Positions 27,820 through 48,788 of a DNA stretch of 64,000 nucleotides are shown here, piece after piece. A program made the position numbers and the translations under genes. Below the pieces are notes generated by a model. That model was not told the origin of the DNA and searched no databases. It saw only the letters and a program-made list of their open reading frames with translations. The stretch is taken from assembly GCF_964355755.1 (NCBI RefSeq), contig NC_092670.1, positions 3,524,201 to 3,588,200 of the forward strand, written 5' to 3'. The stretch is from Antedon mediterranea (Eukaryota > Animalia > Echinodermata). The number at the start of each line of letters is the position of its first letter. Position 1 is the first letter of the stretch.

Positions 27820-29208
27820 ATGAGTTCAACCTACAGGTCTCAATCCAGAGCACAGGAATGGCAGGGATACGAATGGCAAATTCACCTTGATGATATAGTT
27901 GACTGCGATAAATGTTCCCCTGGTTGTCGGTCGTGTTATTACAAGTATAGGTATCTACCTGTCGCCTGCAAAGTCGGGTTTATTGCCGCCTTACTTTCGG
28001 CCATTATCGTTATCACAGCTCTCATCATAAGATTTGGTTCATTTGGTCCTGACAGATATATAGTGGGAAATGGCGATCAGATTATGTTTTCGGATGGATC
28101 ATCTCAAAATGATGATAATTCGTATTCACGACTGTTTTGTTCAGGATTAAAGCTGACGTCAAAATCAACGCCGCCTATTCTTTTCAATGCATATGCTGTC
28201 ATGAATAAAGCCAGGACGCCAGCGAAGATAAGATACGCTTTAAATGATACCTTGTACCTCAGTTATGGCGTCTACGTTAACATTGTACATACTTTTCACC
28301 AATCAGACACTATGGTTATACGCGGTTGTATGCCTGATTACTCAATGGACGCTAGCTTGTATATAATTCGCGGAGAAGAAAACTACAAGAAGTGGAGCGA
28401 AAATAGATGTTCTTCTTGTTACGCCAAAGAAACATTCAAACCGTGTAGTTTGAACAAAGTTACTGAGGTACATTTGACTTTCTCTTCAACAGATATAGTT
28501 TATTTTGCCTACACGCTAGGGTATGATAGAGCTGAATTAGACCTCCAATTTACATTTTACAGAACGAAGTATCTTATCAAGGACATCGCTGACGCCTGTG
28601 TTGGTGAAACATCTTGTTCACTTTCTTTACCGCTACATACTGCTGACATTGTCATTGAACAAGAAGTACGCGCGAGTGAACAATTTAATGAAATTCATAC
28701 GCAATGCGAAGCTCGAATAAGTATTTACTTTGCATTTTTCGTCGCTGTTCCAGCAGCATTCGTGCTCTTTTTTACCTGTTGTGGATTTATGTTGAAGCGG
28801 TGCCAAGATGACTTGATTAGGGACATGGAGCGAGCTGACAGGCGCAGGGATTATGATATTTATGGTAGAAGACCTACTTCGTCTAGGCATAGACCTCCAT
28901 CAAGAACGACTACGGACAGAAACAACCGAAGCGCGGTTGGAAGCCATGGTATACCCACATTTAGTTCGACTAGTCTGTCTGCTAACCGTGCAATTTCTAT
29001 ATCAGCAACAGTTCCTCTGCTTGAAAATCAACAACTTGTTGGAAGTTTACCGCCAGATTATAACAGTCTTATTATAAATCAGACAAACGAAAGTCATACA
29101 GCAAACGAACCACCACCCCCAATGTACAACGAAGTGGGTTTCGGAATTATTGACCAATCAGAACACGACCAACCTCCACCTGCTTATGATGACGTCAGTA
29201 ACGCCTAA
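27820..29208 (+). CDS. Intronless two-TM membrane protein, APD1-4-like luminal domain, PPxY tail
   Basis: 462-aa ORF; hydrophobic segments VGFIAALLSAIIVITALIIRF and IYFAFFVAVPAAFVLFFTCCGF flank a Cys-containing loop (GDQ..SRLFCSG, Y..CVGETSCSLSLP, CEAR) reminiscent of APD1-4 N/M domains (recalled, not searched); LPPDY, PPPMY, PPPAY in the tail. Confidence 0.75.
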   Translation: MSSTYRSQSRAQEWQGYEWQIHLDDIVDCDKCSPGCRSCYYKYRYLPVACKVGFIAALLSAIIVITALIIRFGSFGPDRYIVGNGDQIMFSDGSSQNDDNSYSRLFCSGLKLTSKSTPPILFNAYAVMNKARTPAKIRYALNDTLYLSYGVYVNIVHTFHQSDTMVIRGCMPDYSMDASLYIIRGEENYKKWSENRCSSCYAKETFKPCSLNKVTEVHLTFSSTDIVYFAYTLGYDRAELDLQFTFYRTKYLIKDIADACVGETSCSLSLPLHTADIVIEQEVRASEQFNEIHTQCEARISIYFAFFVAVPAAFVLFFTCCGFMLKRCQDDLIRDMERADRRRDYDIYGRRPTSSRHRPPSRTTTDRNNRSAVGSHGIPTFSSTSLSANRAISISATVPLLENQQLVGSLPPDYNSLIINQTNESHTANEPPPPMYNEVGFGIIDQSEHDQPPPAYDDVSNA

Positions 29209-30007
29209 AATGGTTACCCATTGAACAGAATTGCCAAATTGTCATATAAATTCTTGATTACAAACATTTTAGGAGTCAGCCAATCAGACAACCTCCACAG
29301 TAGTTTTTCTTCATTGGCAATTCGTACTTAAAAATAAGGCGACCGCCAACACAATTTCGCAAACCGTGCTTCTAGAGTATGATGTGTGTATATACTTTGA
29401 CTTGTGTATTGATACCTTTTAAATAAATGATATCGTCAGTAAACGTGTTAGTACCTGTAATCATTATTTTGCACGCGTGAGTACAAACGGTTTATACTGG
29501 CTATCATTTCTGTACGCGTGCGTACCAACGGTTTTTCTTGCTATCCTTTTCTGTAGGCGCGCAAAATACAAACGGCCGGATGACTGGTATGTAGTTTGTT
29601 ATCCCTTTTCAGGCCCGTATGCAGCATTTATAATGGGGGGGGGGTGCGAGCAACAATGGCTGGGGGCCAGGGGGCCGCCAAGGGCCCCCGGTGAGGGTCC
29701 AGGGGCCGAAGGCCCTGGAAAAATTTGCGTTATTTGACGTTCTAAAGACTGATGTAAGACTCTCTGTTGTGGCTTGGGCTAGTTGAACGATGGACACCAG
29801 AACTTAACGCTTTCATGATGAGGCCAACTCAGCAGGGGTGGCGCCAGGATCTTCCCGACGCGGGGGCTACATTCCCCGACGAGGGGGATATGCGAGCGAA
29901 GCGAACATCACTAGGCTGAGGGCCAGGGGCCGCCAAGGGGCCCCGGTGGGGGTCCAGGGGGCGAAGCCCCCGGAAGCAACGCGTTCTAGCGTCATTTGAG
30001 GTCTTTT

Positions 30008-30038
<31 letters not shown>

Positions 30039-30161
30039 TAAATAATATATTTATACAGGATAAAACAATCAGATAACAGTGTATCTGTTTTACATTGTGG
30101 TCCTGTCTTAATCAAAATATACAATAGAGAAACTTAATTAAATATAATACATGTCAGTTTT

Positions 30162-32219
30162 TTATGAAAAGAAATGAGATTTGTATCTAGCCTTAAAGGA
30201 CGTAATTGTTGGTGCCGATTTAATATTAATTGGTAAATTGTTCCATATTTTTGCGCCTGCAACTTTAAAGGACGAATTCATTTTACTAAGGGTGTATTTA
30301 GGTATTGTTACATTCAAATTTTCTACTCCACGTGTTAAGTGGGTGTGAATATCGCGAATCAATTCAATTTCATTTACTAATCTAATTGGTGCAAGGCCGT
30401 AAACACATTTATACATTAGACATGCTAGGGAGAAATCTCGTTTCTCTTCAAGAGTTTGCCACGATAGGTTCTGGATGATGTTGTCACCCCTTACATTAAT
30501 ATAATCGAAGTTGTTAGTTACAATTCGAGCAGCTCTTTTTTGATGTCGCTTTAAAATATTTTTGTTTAACTCTGTCGTATTTCCCCAGACTGTTATAGCA
30601 TAATCACTACAAGGCTGAATTGTACTTATATATAGAGTTTCAAGTAACGGTTTACTTAAACTACTAGCCATTTTACCTAGCATTGTTATTTTATATCCAA
30701 TATTTTTACTAATACATTGAGTATTTTGTTTCCAAGTTAACATTTCATCGATTACGACTCCCAGATACCTTATACTATCAACTTGTTCTAATTTACTGGT
30801 TCCAATTTGTATATTTAAATCATTACTGTCAGCTGTATGATTGTTTCTTAGTAACATAACCTTTGTTTTTTCAGTATTTATAGAGAGGTGGTTGTCATCA
30901 TACCATTTACCAATGTTATCAATAATTATTTGTAATGAATCATTTACTATCTTAGCAGTATCACCTGAGGTGTAAACCACAACATCATCAGCAAAAACGC
31001 TGCAAGTTCCATTTACTATAGACTGCGAAATATCATTTATGAAAATGAGAAACAAGATGGGTCCCAGGACACTTCCTTGTGGAACACCAATATTGATTTC
31101 TTTAAGTGTAGATTTGTTATTGTTACAGTATACAAACTGTTTTCTGTTTTTTAAGTAATTACTAAACCAGTAAACAACATTTTCATGGAAACCATATTTG
31201 TAAAGCTTAAATAACAAAATTGAGTGATCTATCGTGTCAAAGCACTTGGATATATCTAAGAAACAAGCGCCGACGACCTCTGAGTCATTAAAACTTTCTA
31301 ACCAATCATCAACTACTCTGTGCAAGCATGTTACAGTAGAATGGTTTTTCAAAAAGGCAAATTGATCAATGTTAATCAAATCAAACAAACTAAGAAAAGA
31401 AATGATTTGTTCCTGAACCACTCTCTCTATAATCTTTGCGATATGAGCAACGACAGATATTGGTCTGTAGTTGCTCATACTGTCTTTACTACCCTTTCCT
31501 TTATATATAGGAGTTGTCCTTGCTACTTTCCAATCAGCTGGGACAAGACCAGACATGAGAGAGAGATTCACAATATGACACAATGGATAAGCAATGTACG
31601 GAGCTGCTAACCTTAACAATTTACTATCAAAATCAAGAACATCTAAATTTTTTTCTGGCAAATTATAAAGCTTCCTTTTAATGGTATTTACATCAACATT
31701 TATAAAATTAAAGGAATATTCACTAGGTGGATTATTCCAACTTGGCAGCGTATCGTCAAATGACTGCGCCATCTTAACTCCTATGTTGGTAAAGTATTCA
31801 TTAAAATGTTCGCAATCAATAGTTTTACTAATGTTAGATTTCGTTTTACCAGTTAGTTTATTTAGCTCGTTCCACATTTTTTTTGGATTATTTTTATATT
31901 TTATATTTACATTATTAAAATAGTTATACTTTGCTTTCTTAATGTTAGTGTTAACCAGATTTCTAAGTCTTCTATACTCAGTTTTTAATCCTGGATTATT
32001 AACATTTACTTTGCTTTTAGTATAATCTCTTTTGTACATTAACTTTATAATTTCAGGAGTTATCCAGGGAGAGAATCTATTTTTTATTCTTGAATTTTTT
32101 ATAGGCCCATGTTTATTACTTAAATTTAGAAAGCAATTTTTAAACGTACCCCATGCATTGTCAACGTTATTAATATTGTGAATATTTTGTAATTTCTGAG
32201 AATGGGAAATATCATGCAA
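30162..32219 (-). CDS. LINE ORF2 reverse transcriptase, C-terminal part
   Basis: 685-aa open frame with all RT motifs; joins in frame to the EN part (DEGAFL-HDISH) if the 32225-33302 insert plus one TSD is removed. Confidence 0.85.
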   Translation of the reverse strand: MHDISHSQKLQNIHNINNVDNAWGTFKNCFLNLSNKHGPIKNSRIKNRFSPWITPEIIKLMYKRDYTKSKVNVNNPGLKTEYRRLRNLVNTNIKKAKYNYFNNVNIKYKNNPKKMWNELNKLTGKTKSNISKTIDCEHFNEYFTNIGVKMAQSFDDTLPSWNNPPSEYSFNFINVDVNTIKRKLYNLPEKNLDVLDFDSKLLRLAAPYIAYPLCHIVNLSLMSGLVPADWKVARTTPIYKGKGSKDSMSNYRPISVVAHIAKIIERVVQEQIISFLSLFDLINIDQFAFLKNHSTVTCLHRVVDDWLESFNDSEVVGACFLDISKCFDTIDHSILLFKLYKYGFHENVVYWFSNYLKNRKQFVYCNNNKSTLKEINIGVPQGSVLGPILFLIFINDISQSIVNGTCSVFADDVVVYTSGDTAKIVNDSLQIIIDNIGKWYDDNHLSINTEKTKVMLLRNNHTADSNDLNIQIGTSKLEQVDSIRYLGVVIDEMLTWKQNTQCISKNIGYKITMLGKMASSLSKPLLETLYISTIQPCSDYAITVWGNTTELNKNILKRHQKRAARIVTNNFDYINVRGDNIIQNLSWQTLEEKRDFSLACLMYKCVYGLAPIRLVNEIELIRDIHTHLTRGVENLNVTIPKYTLSKMNSSFKVAGAKIWNNLPINIKSAPTITSFKARYKSHFFS

Positions 32220-32224
32220 GAATG

Positions 32225-33302
32225 GGGTGTCACGAAAGCTCAGACCACGAAAGCTCAGACCCCCTAAGACCTAAGATCACGAAAGCTAAGACCCAACACC
32301 TAAGATTACAAATATTTATCTTTCGCACCTGCCTTGTATTTTAACTCCCAACATTTATTCTGAATACCACACCTTAGAATTGGCACTTTCATGAAAAAGA
32401 ATCACATAAAAAGTAACAAATACATTTTTAAATTGATGATTTTACAGACGTTTTTCTCGCACACAAAATGACTAGCCTACAGTACTACAGTAGGCCTACC
32501 CCATGTTCAATGTTTTTGTTTCTATGGAACGTCAAAAGAGCAAAAATTATATAGAGGGCTGAAAACTCTGTGGAGTCCATCTACAGTGTGGATGGAACAA
32601 TGTAAAATGAAAATTGTAATGATAATAGTATAATCATGCAAGTACGAAGAAATAAATACTGGAAAATAAATTTTAATTTAAAAATCATGATAAGTTTTTT
32701 TGTTTCGTTTTCTTTCTGTTTTTATGCTTGTACTATTATTGTTGCTCTTTTGGCGCTCCATGGAAACAAAAACATTGAGCATGGTGGGAGCTCGAGGAGT
32801 TACATTACAGTATACAAAGAAACACATATGTAAAATCATCAATTTAAAGGATTTATTTATTTGTTATTATGTGTTTCTCTTTCTGAAAGTACTTATAAGT
32901 CCTAATTTTAAAGTGTGGTGTTCAGGATAAAGTTAGTCAACAAATTTGGAGTCAAAATACAAGAAAGGCAGGTGCGTAAGAAAAACATCCTCTGAACCAA
33001 CACAATGGAGTAAATATATACCAACAAACAACCCGTCAAGTTTGTTTGTTGTAAAGAAAAAATATACATTTACTCAACGGGCGAAAATAATGTGAGTTTA
33101 TCTATGTTTTGCGGTAGTATTAAATTATATTTATGGTAATAAATGAAACCTACTGTGTTTAAAATTATGTATGGATAAACAAGTATTGTTTTTAATCTGT
33201 AGTATATCTTAGTATTTGTAATCTTAGGTGTTGGGTCTTAGCTTTCGTGATCTTAGGTCTTAGGGGGTCTGAGCTTTCGTGGTCTGAGCTTTCGTGACAC
33301 CC
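32225..33302. mobile_element. Non-autonomous foldback DNA transposon, Mutator/MuDR-like, 10-bp TSD
   Basis: ~90-bp near-perfect TIRs (gggtgtcacgaaagctcagaccacgaaagctcagac...) built from sub-repeats; TSD tgcaagaatg at 32215-32224 and 33303-33312; further imperfect internal inverted arms. Confidence 0.9.
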
Positions 33303-36064
33303 TGCAAGAATGCCCCTTCATCAAAGTTCTTATAATCTCTATAATATATTGTTTTATGTTTAGCTTCTTTTTCCTTAAATTTTAAACAGCTGTAAACCAT
33401 AAAATGGTCGCTTAAAGCTATTTTAGCAACACCACTTAAATAGTGCTGATCTGGAATTGTTGTTAGTATCAAATCAATACAACTTGATGAGTGTGACGTA
33501 ACTCTTGTTTTATCATGAATCAACTGGGTCATAACAAACATGTTTTCGATCATATTGATAGGATTTTTCGAGAGGTTCTCATTTAAGACATAATCAATAT
33601 TAAAATCGCCGAGTAGTACAATTTCAGTGTTTTCCATACTAACTTTTTCAAGTAAATCAATAATTAAGTTAAAATATTCATAATTTGCATTTGGAGGGCG
33701 GTATAAACAGCATATTAAAATATTTTGACTTTTTTGTCCTAATAGCTCCAGCCATACAGCCTCCAGATCATTTACATATAAATCAGATCTTTCTTTATAA
33801 GATATGGTATTCTTAATATAGATGCTAACACCACCACCTTTTTTTCCAGAACGATCTTTACGGATCAGATCAGATTTAGGGTAGCCATTTTTTCCATTTT
33901 TTATAATGCATAAATAAAATACTGCGTGCAAAAAAACGATTCGCGATGACGGTTTCAATCCATATTTTTCAATTTAAAAAATAAAAGTTCAAAGAAAATT
34001 TTGAAAAATAGAGTTGGAGGTCCCGGAAATTGGACTTATTATACTTCAAAACATGAAAAAAAATATATAAGTCCCTATCATGGGTTGTGACTGAGCTAAG
34101 AAATGTTTGAAAAATAGAGATGTTAGGTCCCGGAAAATGTACTTCTTGTTCTTCGAAATATGACCAGCTTTATTGTTGGGGCTGAGCTAAGAAAATGTTT
34201 AAAACTAGAGCTGCAGGTCTTCAAAAAATTGCATTTTATACTTTGGAAACATCAGGCCTAGAGGCTTAAAAAACGCAAGCGTAGACCTTTTTCAGTCGGG
34301 GAAAAAAGTTTATTCCTCCCAGGTGTATGCATGCGTACCATCTGGACTTCCGAGTGGTGAGAAATTCATGACATACAGGATATTGAAAATGTAATAACTA
34401 TAGCTATAATGTTGGCTAAGCGAAAATGGCATGTTTTTTTGTTTAGTAATGGATGAAAAATTTATTTTAGGTGCCCCACGGTACAGAAGGTTACTTGTAA
34501 ATTAAAAAATTGGTGAACAAACGAACAATTAACATAATTCGTTTTTGCTGTAGTGTAGCGTACGTCGACGCAGTACACGACGTAACCGTCGGTAAACTTC
34601 GCCTGGAAAATAACACATTACACATTTTGGTCCCTGGATGAAACTTGATATCACGCGTCTCGACCCAACGTTGAACGATTCGTACAAAGGGATACCGCCA
34701 GACAAGTGCGTACCTAGCTATTGTTTAGTAGTAAGTTAGATCGCTGGCAATAATGAATGCATATAAAGTGCATAATATCACTCTGACGTACTCTCACGGT
34801 CAATGAAACGTCGCGGTTTTCTAGGCGCTGAAGCTAGCTACGAAGTGAACGCGAACGCTTTTTACTGTATATTATATTCCCCGACAAAAAGTACACGTGT
34901 TCCCTGACGTTAAGTTGTCTGTATTTCTCCAGCAAACACTTTACCGCGTACATGAAGCGCTAAGCTATTGCTTGTCGTCACATGATCGACTGCGCATGTT
35001 TTACATCGAGTTTGTAGTCAGTTCAGATTCCGTAATTTAATTACCGGTATTTTTTCATTTTATATTAGCATATTTTTGTTTGTATACCATTGATAATGTA
35101 AATTTTGTATATATATAATGATATTGTCTTTAGTTAAACAAGACAAGAAAAAATACCAACCGAGGAAATAGTGGACCTTTTGGGACTTGGGGGGGGGGGG
35201 GGGTGCGTCTGCACCCAACGCACCCCCCCCCCCCCCCTGGATACGAACGGTTGCTACTTGCTATGCGTTTATGTACGTACGTGTGCATGCTAACGATTTT
35301 AATTGTTATCCCTTCGTACGAACGATGTTGTACTTTCCATTATTTTTTGTTGTAAAATTTGATTCATATTGTGTCTGACGATATGCTAAACAACATGAAC
35401 GTGGATATTTATTAAGAAAATAATTACTTATTAATAATAGGCCTAATAGCTAAACTTGCTATCAAAATAACTTAATAATGCTACGGGCATTATAGAATGT
35501 AAATAACATCATTTTTTGCGCTTAATGCGTTCCAAAAGTCATCCAGTGTGACGTTAATCACCAAAGGTGGAAATAAATTAAATATCAGCAACTTATTTAT
35601 TGGAACAACGCCTGTTAATGTAACTCTATCGTACTACCGTATTGAGACTTTTGATGCTGATCTTTCAATCTATTAGAGTTATGATGTAAGTAAGGCAATT
35701 TAACAACAGGAAACTGCGCTCGCCTTGTCAAGATAGAAACGTACAGTCCTTTGATCTTAAGTCTGGCAGCGACAATTACTAACAGTAGGGCCTACTACAT
35801 TATCCGCGGCGTGCCGTATCTGTTCGTGGAGCTGATCGTGTCGCAGCCACCGATACACACTTTGATCTCCAGATCTCAGCATCCTGTTGTTAGATTGTCT
35901 TGATGTAAGTGAATAGCATATAATAGTATTCACCTTCCCTCGCGTTTCTGAAATTTCACCGTAATTGAAGAGGGCTCTAAACATATAAATTGAAAGACTA
36001 GCCACAAGGGATTATACCTTTTCTCATAGACCACCGAGCAGCAAACGCAGAATCGTCATGGGCC

Positions 36065-36488
36065 TAAAGGCCAACTCAGACAGCGTCGTACGACGAGGCC
36101 CGACGAGACGTCTTGTCTGGACTTGACTCGTCCGTGCTGTCTGAGTTGAATCCAGACGAGACGGGTCGTCGTGAGGTAGCGTCGGGGGTAGTTTTAGGTC
36201 GTCGTGAGCATATTAAACATGTTTAATTTTCACCCGACGGGACGACTCGTTTGTTGGGTATTGACCAATCACAGGCGTGCGTACGCGTTGCATGGTTTGT
36301 TGCGTCATCTTGAATTCAACCAATCAGAAGCGCAGGCAATATAGTCGCGTCGGGGGTCGTCGGGCTGTCTGAGTTGAGCCGTCGCGGAGCGTTGGCACGA
36401 TTATCTGTCGGTAGGACTTTCGAAAGACGGGTCCAGACAAGACGTCTCGTCGGGCCTCGTCGTACGACGCTGTCTGAGTTGGCCTTTA
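36065..36488. mobile_element. GC-rich MITE with ~55-bp TIRs (Harbinger-like)
   Basis: taaaggccaactcagacagcgtcgtacgacgaggcccgacgagacgtcttgtctggac and its reverse complement at the far end. Confidence 0.85.
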
Positions 36489-39447
36489 AATGCTTAACAG
36501 ACGTGTTTAGTGTGCCTCTTGATATAGCGATACCTACCGGTAATTTCCTTTTCGGCATATTCAATAATACTGTAATATCTACTATAGAAAGTGTTTTATT
36601 ATTGAAAGAATGATTTAGTCATTCATTCGATGTTCATGGCTGTTGCTAAGCAATGAAATATTATAGGAATTCTAGATTATAAAGTAATTATTTCTTCAAA
36701 AACTATAATTTACAGCCGGCCCATGATCAAGGATCATTTCCTGTAGATAAACTATTAACAAAACAGCCAAGCATCGCAAAGATTCTTAATTTCCTTTACA
36801 CTAGCAATTTCATGACGGGTTAATGTCCCTTAAGATATACAGGGACTACTAGAATTGGTGGTTAGTCTATTTGTGGTAGAACGAGTTATTGTTGCAGAAA
36901 AACAATATAACAGTCAATAGCAAACAAAGACCACTACTACATACTTTGAAAAAAGGGTTTATCTTCAAAAACTAAAACCAGCCTATGCACTGCAGCAGCA
37001 AAGCATGAAAACGGGATAGTCTGCCCATTCGGTTTTATGGGTAAGAATGAAAGTCTGACGTCATAACACTAAATGTGGACAAACAGTAAAACTCACCTAC
37101 CATACTTTAGCTCACAACACTACCTTACACGTAGGGCCTTACACTAAACAAATAGAAGGAATTCCAATATGATCTTCAATGGTAAAAGTTTTGCAAAATG
37201 AGGTAGTTACCTCATACCTGGTCTGAGGAATGTGAAGTGCACGTGCAAATGCAAAGTGCCTGGATATGACGTCATGATTTGCCAGGGCCGCAGCAGATAC
37301 GTATGTAGCTTGGTAGTGATGTACGAAAAAGAGTTTGTTGAGTTGGTTATTTTATTTTCATCAATTCACTAATTTGTCAATGCTATCAAATACACAAAGT
37401 AATACAGTGTTTTAAACAGTGCACTTTTATTCACAATTTACAAATTAAACATACAGTGACTGCACAGCAATTATTATGTTCAATACCACAATGCAATGCC
37501 TACTACAATCAATATATACAATATATCTTATATATTTCATGATCAGTTATATCACCCGCACGTACAATTCAGGGTACCATATATCATCATTTGTACGCGC
37601 GCAACAATAGTTGATGAACATTTTGTAAAAAGATAAATATTTTCACGTTATTATAACGCCTAAAATTGCATTAAAAAATGTTCTTAGATTTTGTTTCGTA
37701 TAATATTGCAAATAACAAAGCAAATTTATATTAAAGATCAAGCGAAGATGTCTTTATCAAAGGTCAAGATGGCATTCGATTGTATTTACTTTCTTTGTTC
37801 ATCCATATTATCTTAATCTAAAGCACATAGTTTGATCATTTCGATGCTAAATAGAACTGTGATTGCTCTCAAGGCTTTTGATAAATTGCTATTTTTAAAT
37901 TTTCTCATTTTTAACAATAATATACACCATACATAATTAGATACTTTTAAAAATGTACGATCGAACCTCACAAACCGTATTAAAATTATGGACGGATATC
38001 TGACAACGGGCTACCTTAACATTTTACAATGCTAACATAATAAACTTAATTCTATAGTATAATTTTCACTAAATACAACTAATATCTCAAGTTTGGCTAT
38101 ATATGACGTAACATCAGGTTGCATAGAATGAAACAGTGCTATAGTGATCAGCATTTGCACAAATGCTCTGTTCAAAGAAACTAACAGTCATTACGAATAT
38201 CAATACTTGTACGCGCGCGTTAGATGTACGCGTGCGTTAAATCTATGCGAGTAAATAATGCATGTCAAATCAATAGCCAAAAAAATTATCTTATTTACGC
38301 TTACTTAAATCCAGGATTGCAAAAATACTCTTTTATAATTGAAAAATATATACTATAGAAAATAAATTGATTGTAGAATATAAATTAGAAGGGCCTAAAA
38401 ACATGGTTTTCTAGTATAAACGGAAGCTGACGGGGGTTGCAATGGCGTTTCCGTTTTGGTGACCTAGCTTGACCTAATAGAATTAAATATACAGTTATAA
38501 TATTAATACTGATGTAAATATTGAAAGCAATGAAGTACTGATTATAATCACGTTAGGATTAGTACGTATACGTAGTTTTATTTAAATGAGTGCGCAATGG
38601 AAATAAAGTTTGCCGTAAAATGTGTATGTGTAAACATACGAGACACTAAATTACTTTTCGCAATTTGTTAGCACAGTAAATATCAACTTAGAGGTAGTCA
38701 CTTATTTTATAATATAGGTTAGGAATATTAGTATGCTATATAAAATATGTGAGTGAATAAATATAGTAGGAACGTGTGATACCAATGTGTGGTAAATTAG
38801 GCCTATAAAATTACTAACAATTTTAAATATAGGCCTACAATTATACTGAAGAAGATTGTAGACAGAATAATAACATAGACCTGGTAAACAATAATCTCAA
38901 ATGAAAAAAAAATTACAAATACAATAACGATAACAATGATTTTGATTCACTACATTGCAATTATAATATTTGGTATCACGTGGCTTGGAATGCCTATACA
39001 TTTTGGTTCCCATGGTTACTCTGGGCGCGGCATAAACAGCACCGTAAAAACCTTTACCGTTTTACAATATATCTTATTTAAAAAAGTTTAATAAACGGCC
39101 CTGATCCCATGTAATTTTCGAGTGAAATTCGAGGAACAACATTCCTTTTGCTTCGTATAAGCTGGCCAATGAGTGTGTCAAACGAACATTACACGCGTGT
39201 GTCATGCGAGACATGGTAAAGGATTTCTATCAGTACCGCGAGACTCGGTTCCAACAAAGACACGTTTTGCTAGATACTGATATGCCACTCAAAAGTACAT
39301 TGCACAGTCTTCAGATTGACACACTAATCGTTACAAAAATGTTTGTTTTTGTCTAATACTTTAGTAGGAACCAAGTCTGTAACCGCCGCGCCCCGCAAAC
39401 GAACATCCGTATTTTGTCCAACGGAAACCATAGCGTTTTACCGCCAT

Positions 39448-48138
<8,691 letters not shown>

Positions 48139-48364
48139 GTTGAACAATCGACTCTACACTCAATCCGGAAATAAAGTTTGAACTTAAAGTCCCAATCTAA
48201 AAACTCACTTATTTTTTCACTGGCGTTTAAGCCTGTCAATGCTGCCTACCAGAAACGATTACCAGTCTAGACCACAAACCGGCTGAAGTTGATTCCACAC
48301 GTTTGTGTTTATAGAAACGTCGCAGTCTGCCAGTATTCCTATATATTCAACGATGCATTACACG

Positions 48365-48378
48365 GTTGCTATGGACGC
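48365..48378. promoter_or_regulatory. RFX X-box-like motif upstream of TEKT3
   Basis: gttgctatggacgc ~230 bp upstream of the ATG; similar motifs at 46846 (intron 1) and 43051 (attgtcatggcaac). Confidence 0.45.
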
Positions 48379-48788
48379 CACATGGCCCTTGTTCTATATA
48401 CGTGCTAGTTTTGTATTATAATCCCACACGTCAATCAACGGAATGGACCATTGAGCCGTCACAATGGGAACTTCATTGACCCGCCCCTTAGAAACAGTGT
48501 TGGTAACAGTCACACGGAACAAAGTCCGTAATAGAACAAGCTTGTGGATTTTAACATATTATACCTTTATCGCTGTGTCTACTTTGCATTGTGTTAACAA
48601 CACTAGTTCCTTGTTGATTGCTTGAATCATTTACCACTGTGATGTTTACCAACAAAGGTTATTGACTTTCAGTCTCTCCAAGTTGTGTACTACACATATC
48701 CCTCCACAACCCTAGTATAGTGTTTATCTTTTTATTATAGGTCTACCAAATGTAATGACATTAATTAACACTATACTAATTGTAATAA

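Larger units (their letters stand above)
30008..33890 (-). mobile_element. 5'-truncated non-LTR retrotransposon, L2/CR1 group (APE endonuclease + RT), interrupted
   Basis: EN motifs RKDR..GGGV, CLYRPPN, GDFN, SCIDL, LSDH (33260-33890); RT NYRPIS, FLDISKCFD, GVPQGSVLGP, FADD, YLGV (30162-32219); short 3' UTR and (TTA)n tail at ~30008-30045. Confidence 0.93.
29610..35251. mobile_element. GC-rich non-autonomous DNA element(s) hosting the LINE (outer layer of nest)
   Basis: 5' caggcccgtatgcag..gggggggtgcg and 3' gggggtgcgtctgcacccaacgcaccccc..ctggatacg form imperfect inverted termini; second related head caggggtggcgccaggatc at ~29832 with gggggtccagggggcgaagcccccggaagc; similar degenerate host motif (ttgttatccctt) on both flanks. 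Confidence 0.5.

Noticed and set aside
29477-29737. Small TM-containing ORF loosely resembling the second TM of the APD1-like protein
   Set aside because: GTG start, runs into a transposon head, overlaps a degenerate repeat; similarity too weak.
33891-33958. N-terminus of the 232-aa endonuclease ORF, and its C-terminal GVTKAQTTKAQTP
   Set aside because: Chance read-through into flanking host element and into the foldback TIR; not LINE-encoded.
34320-36060. CpG-rich exon-like islands with AG/GT sites
   Set aside because: No consistent reading frame or recognisable protein could be assembled; may be repeat interior or non-coding transcript.
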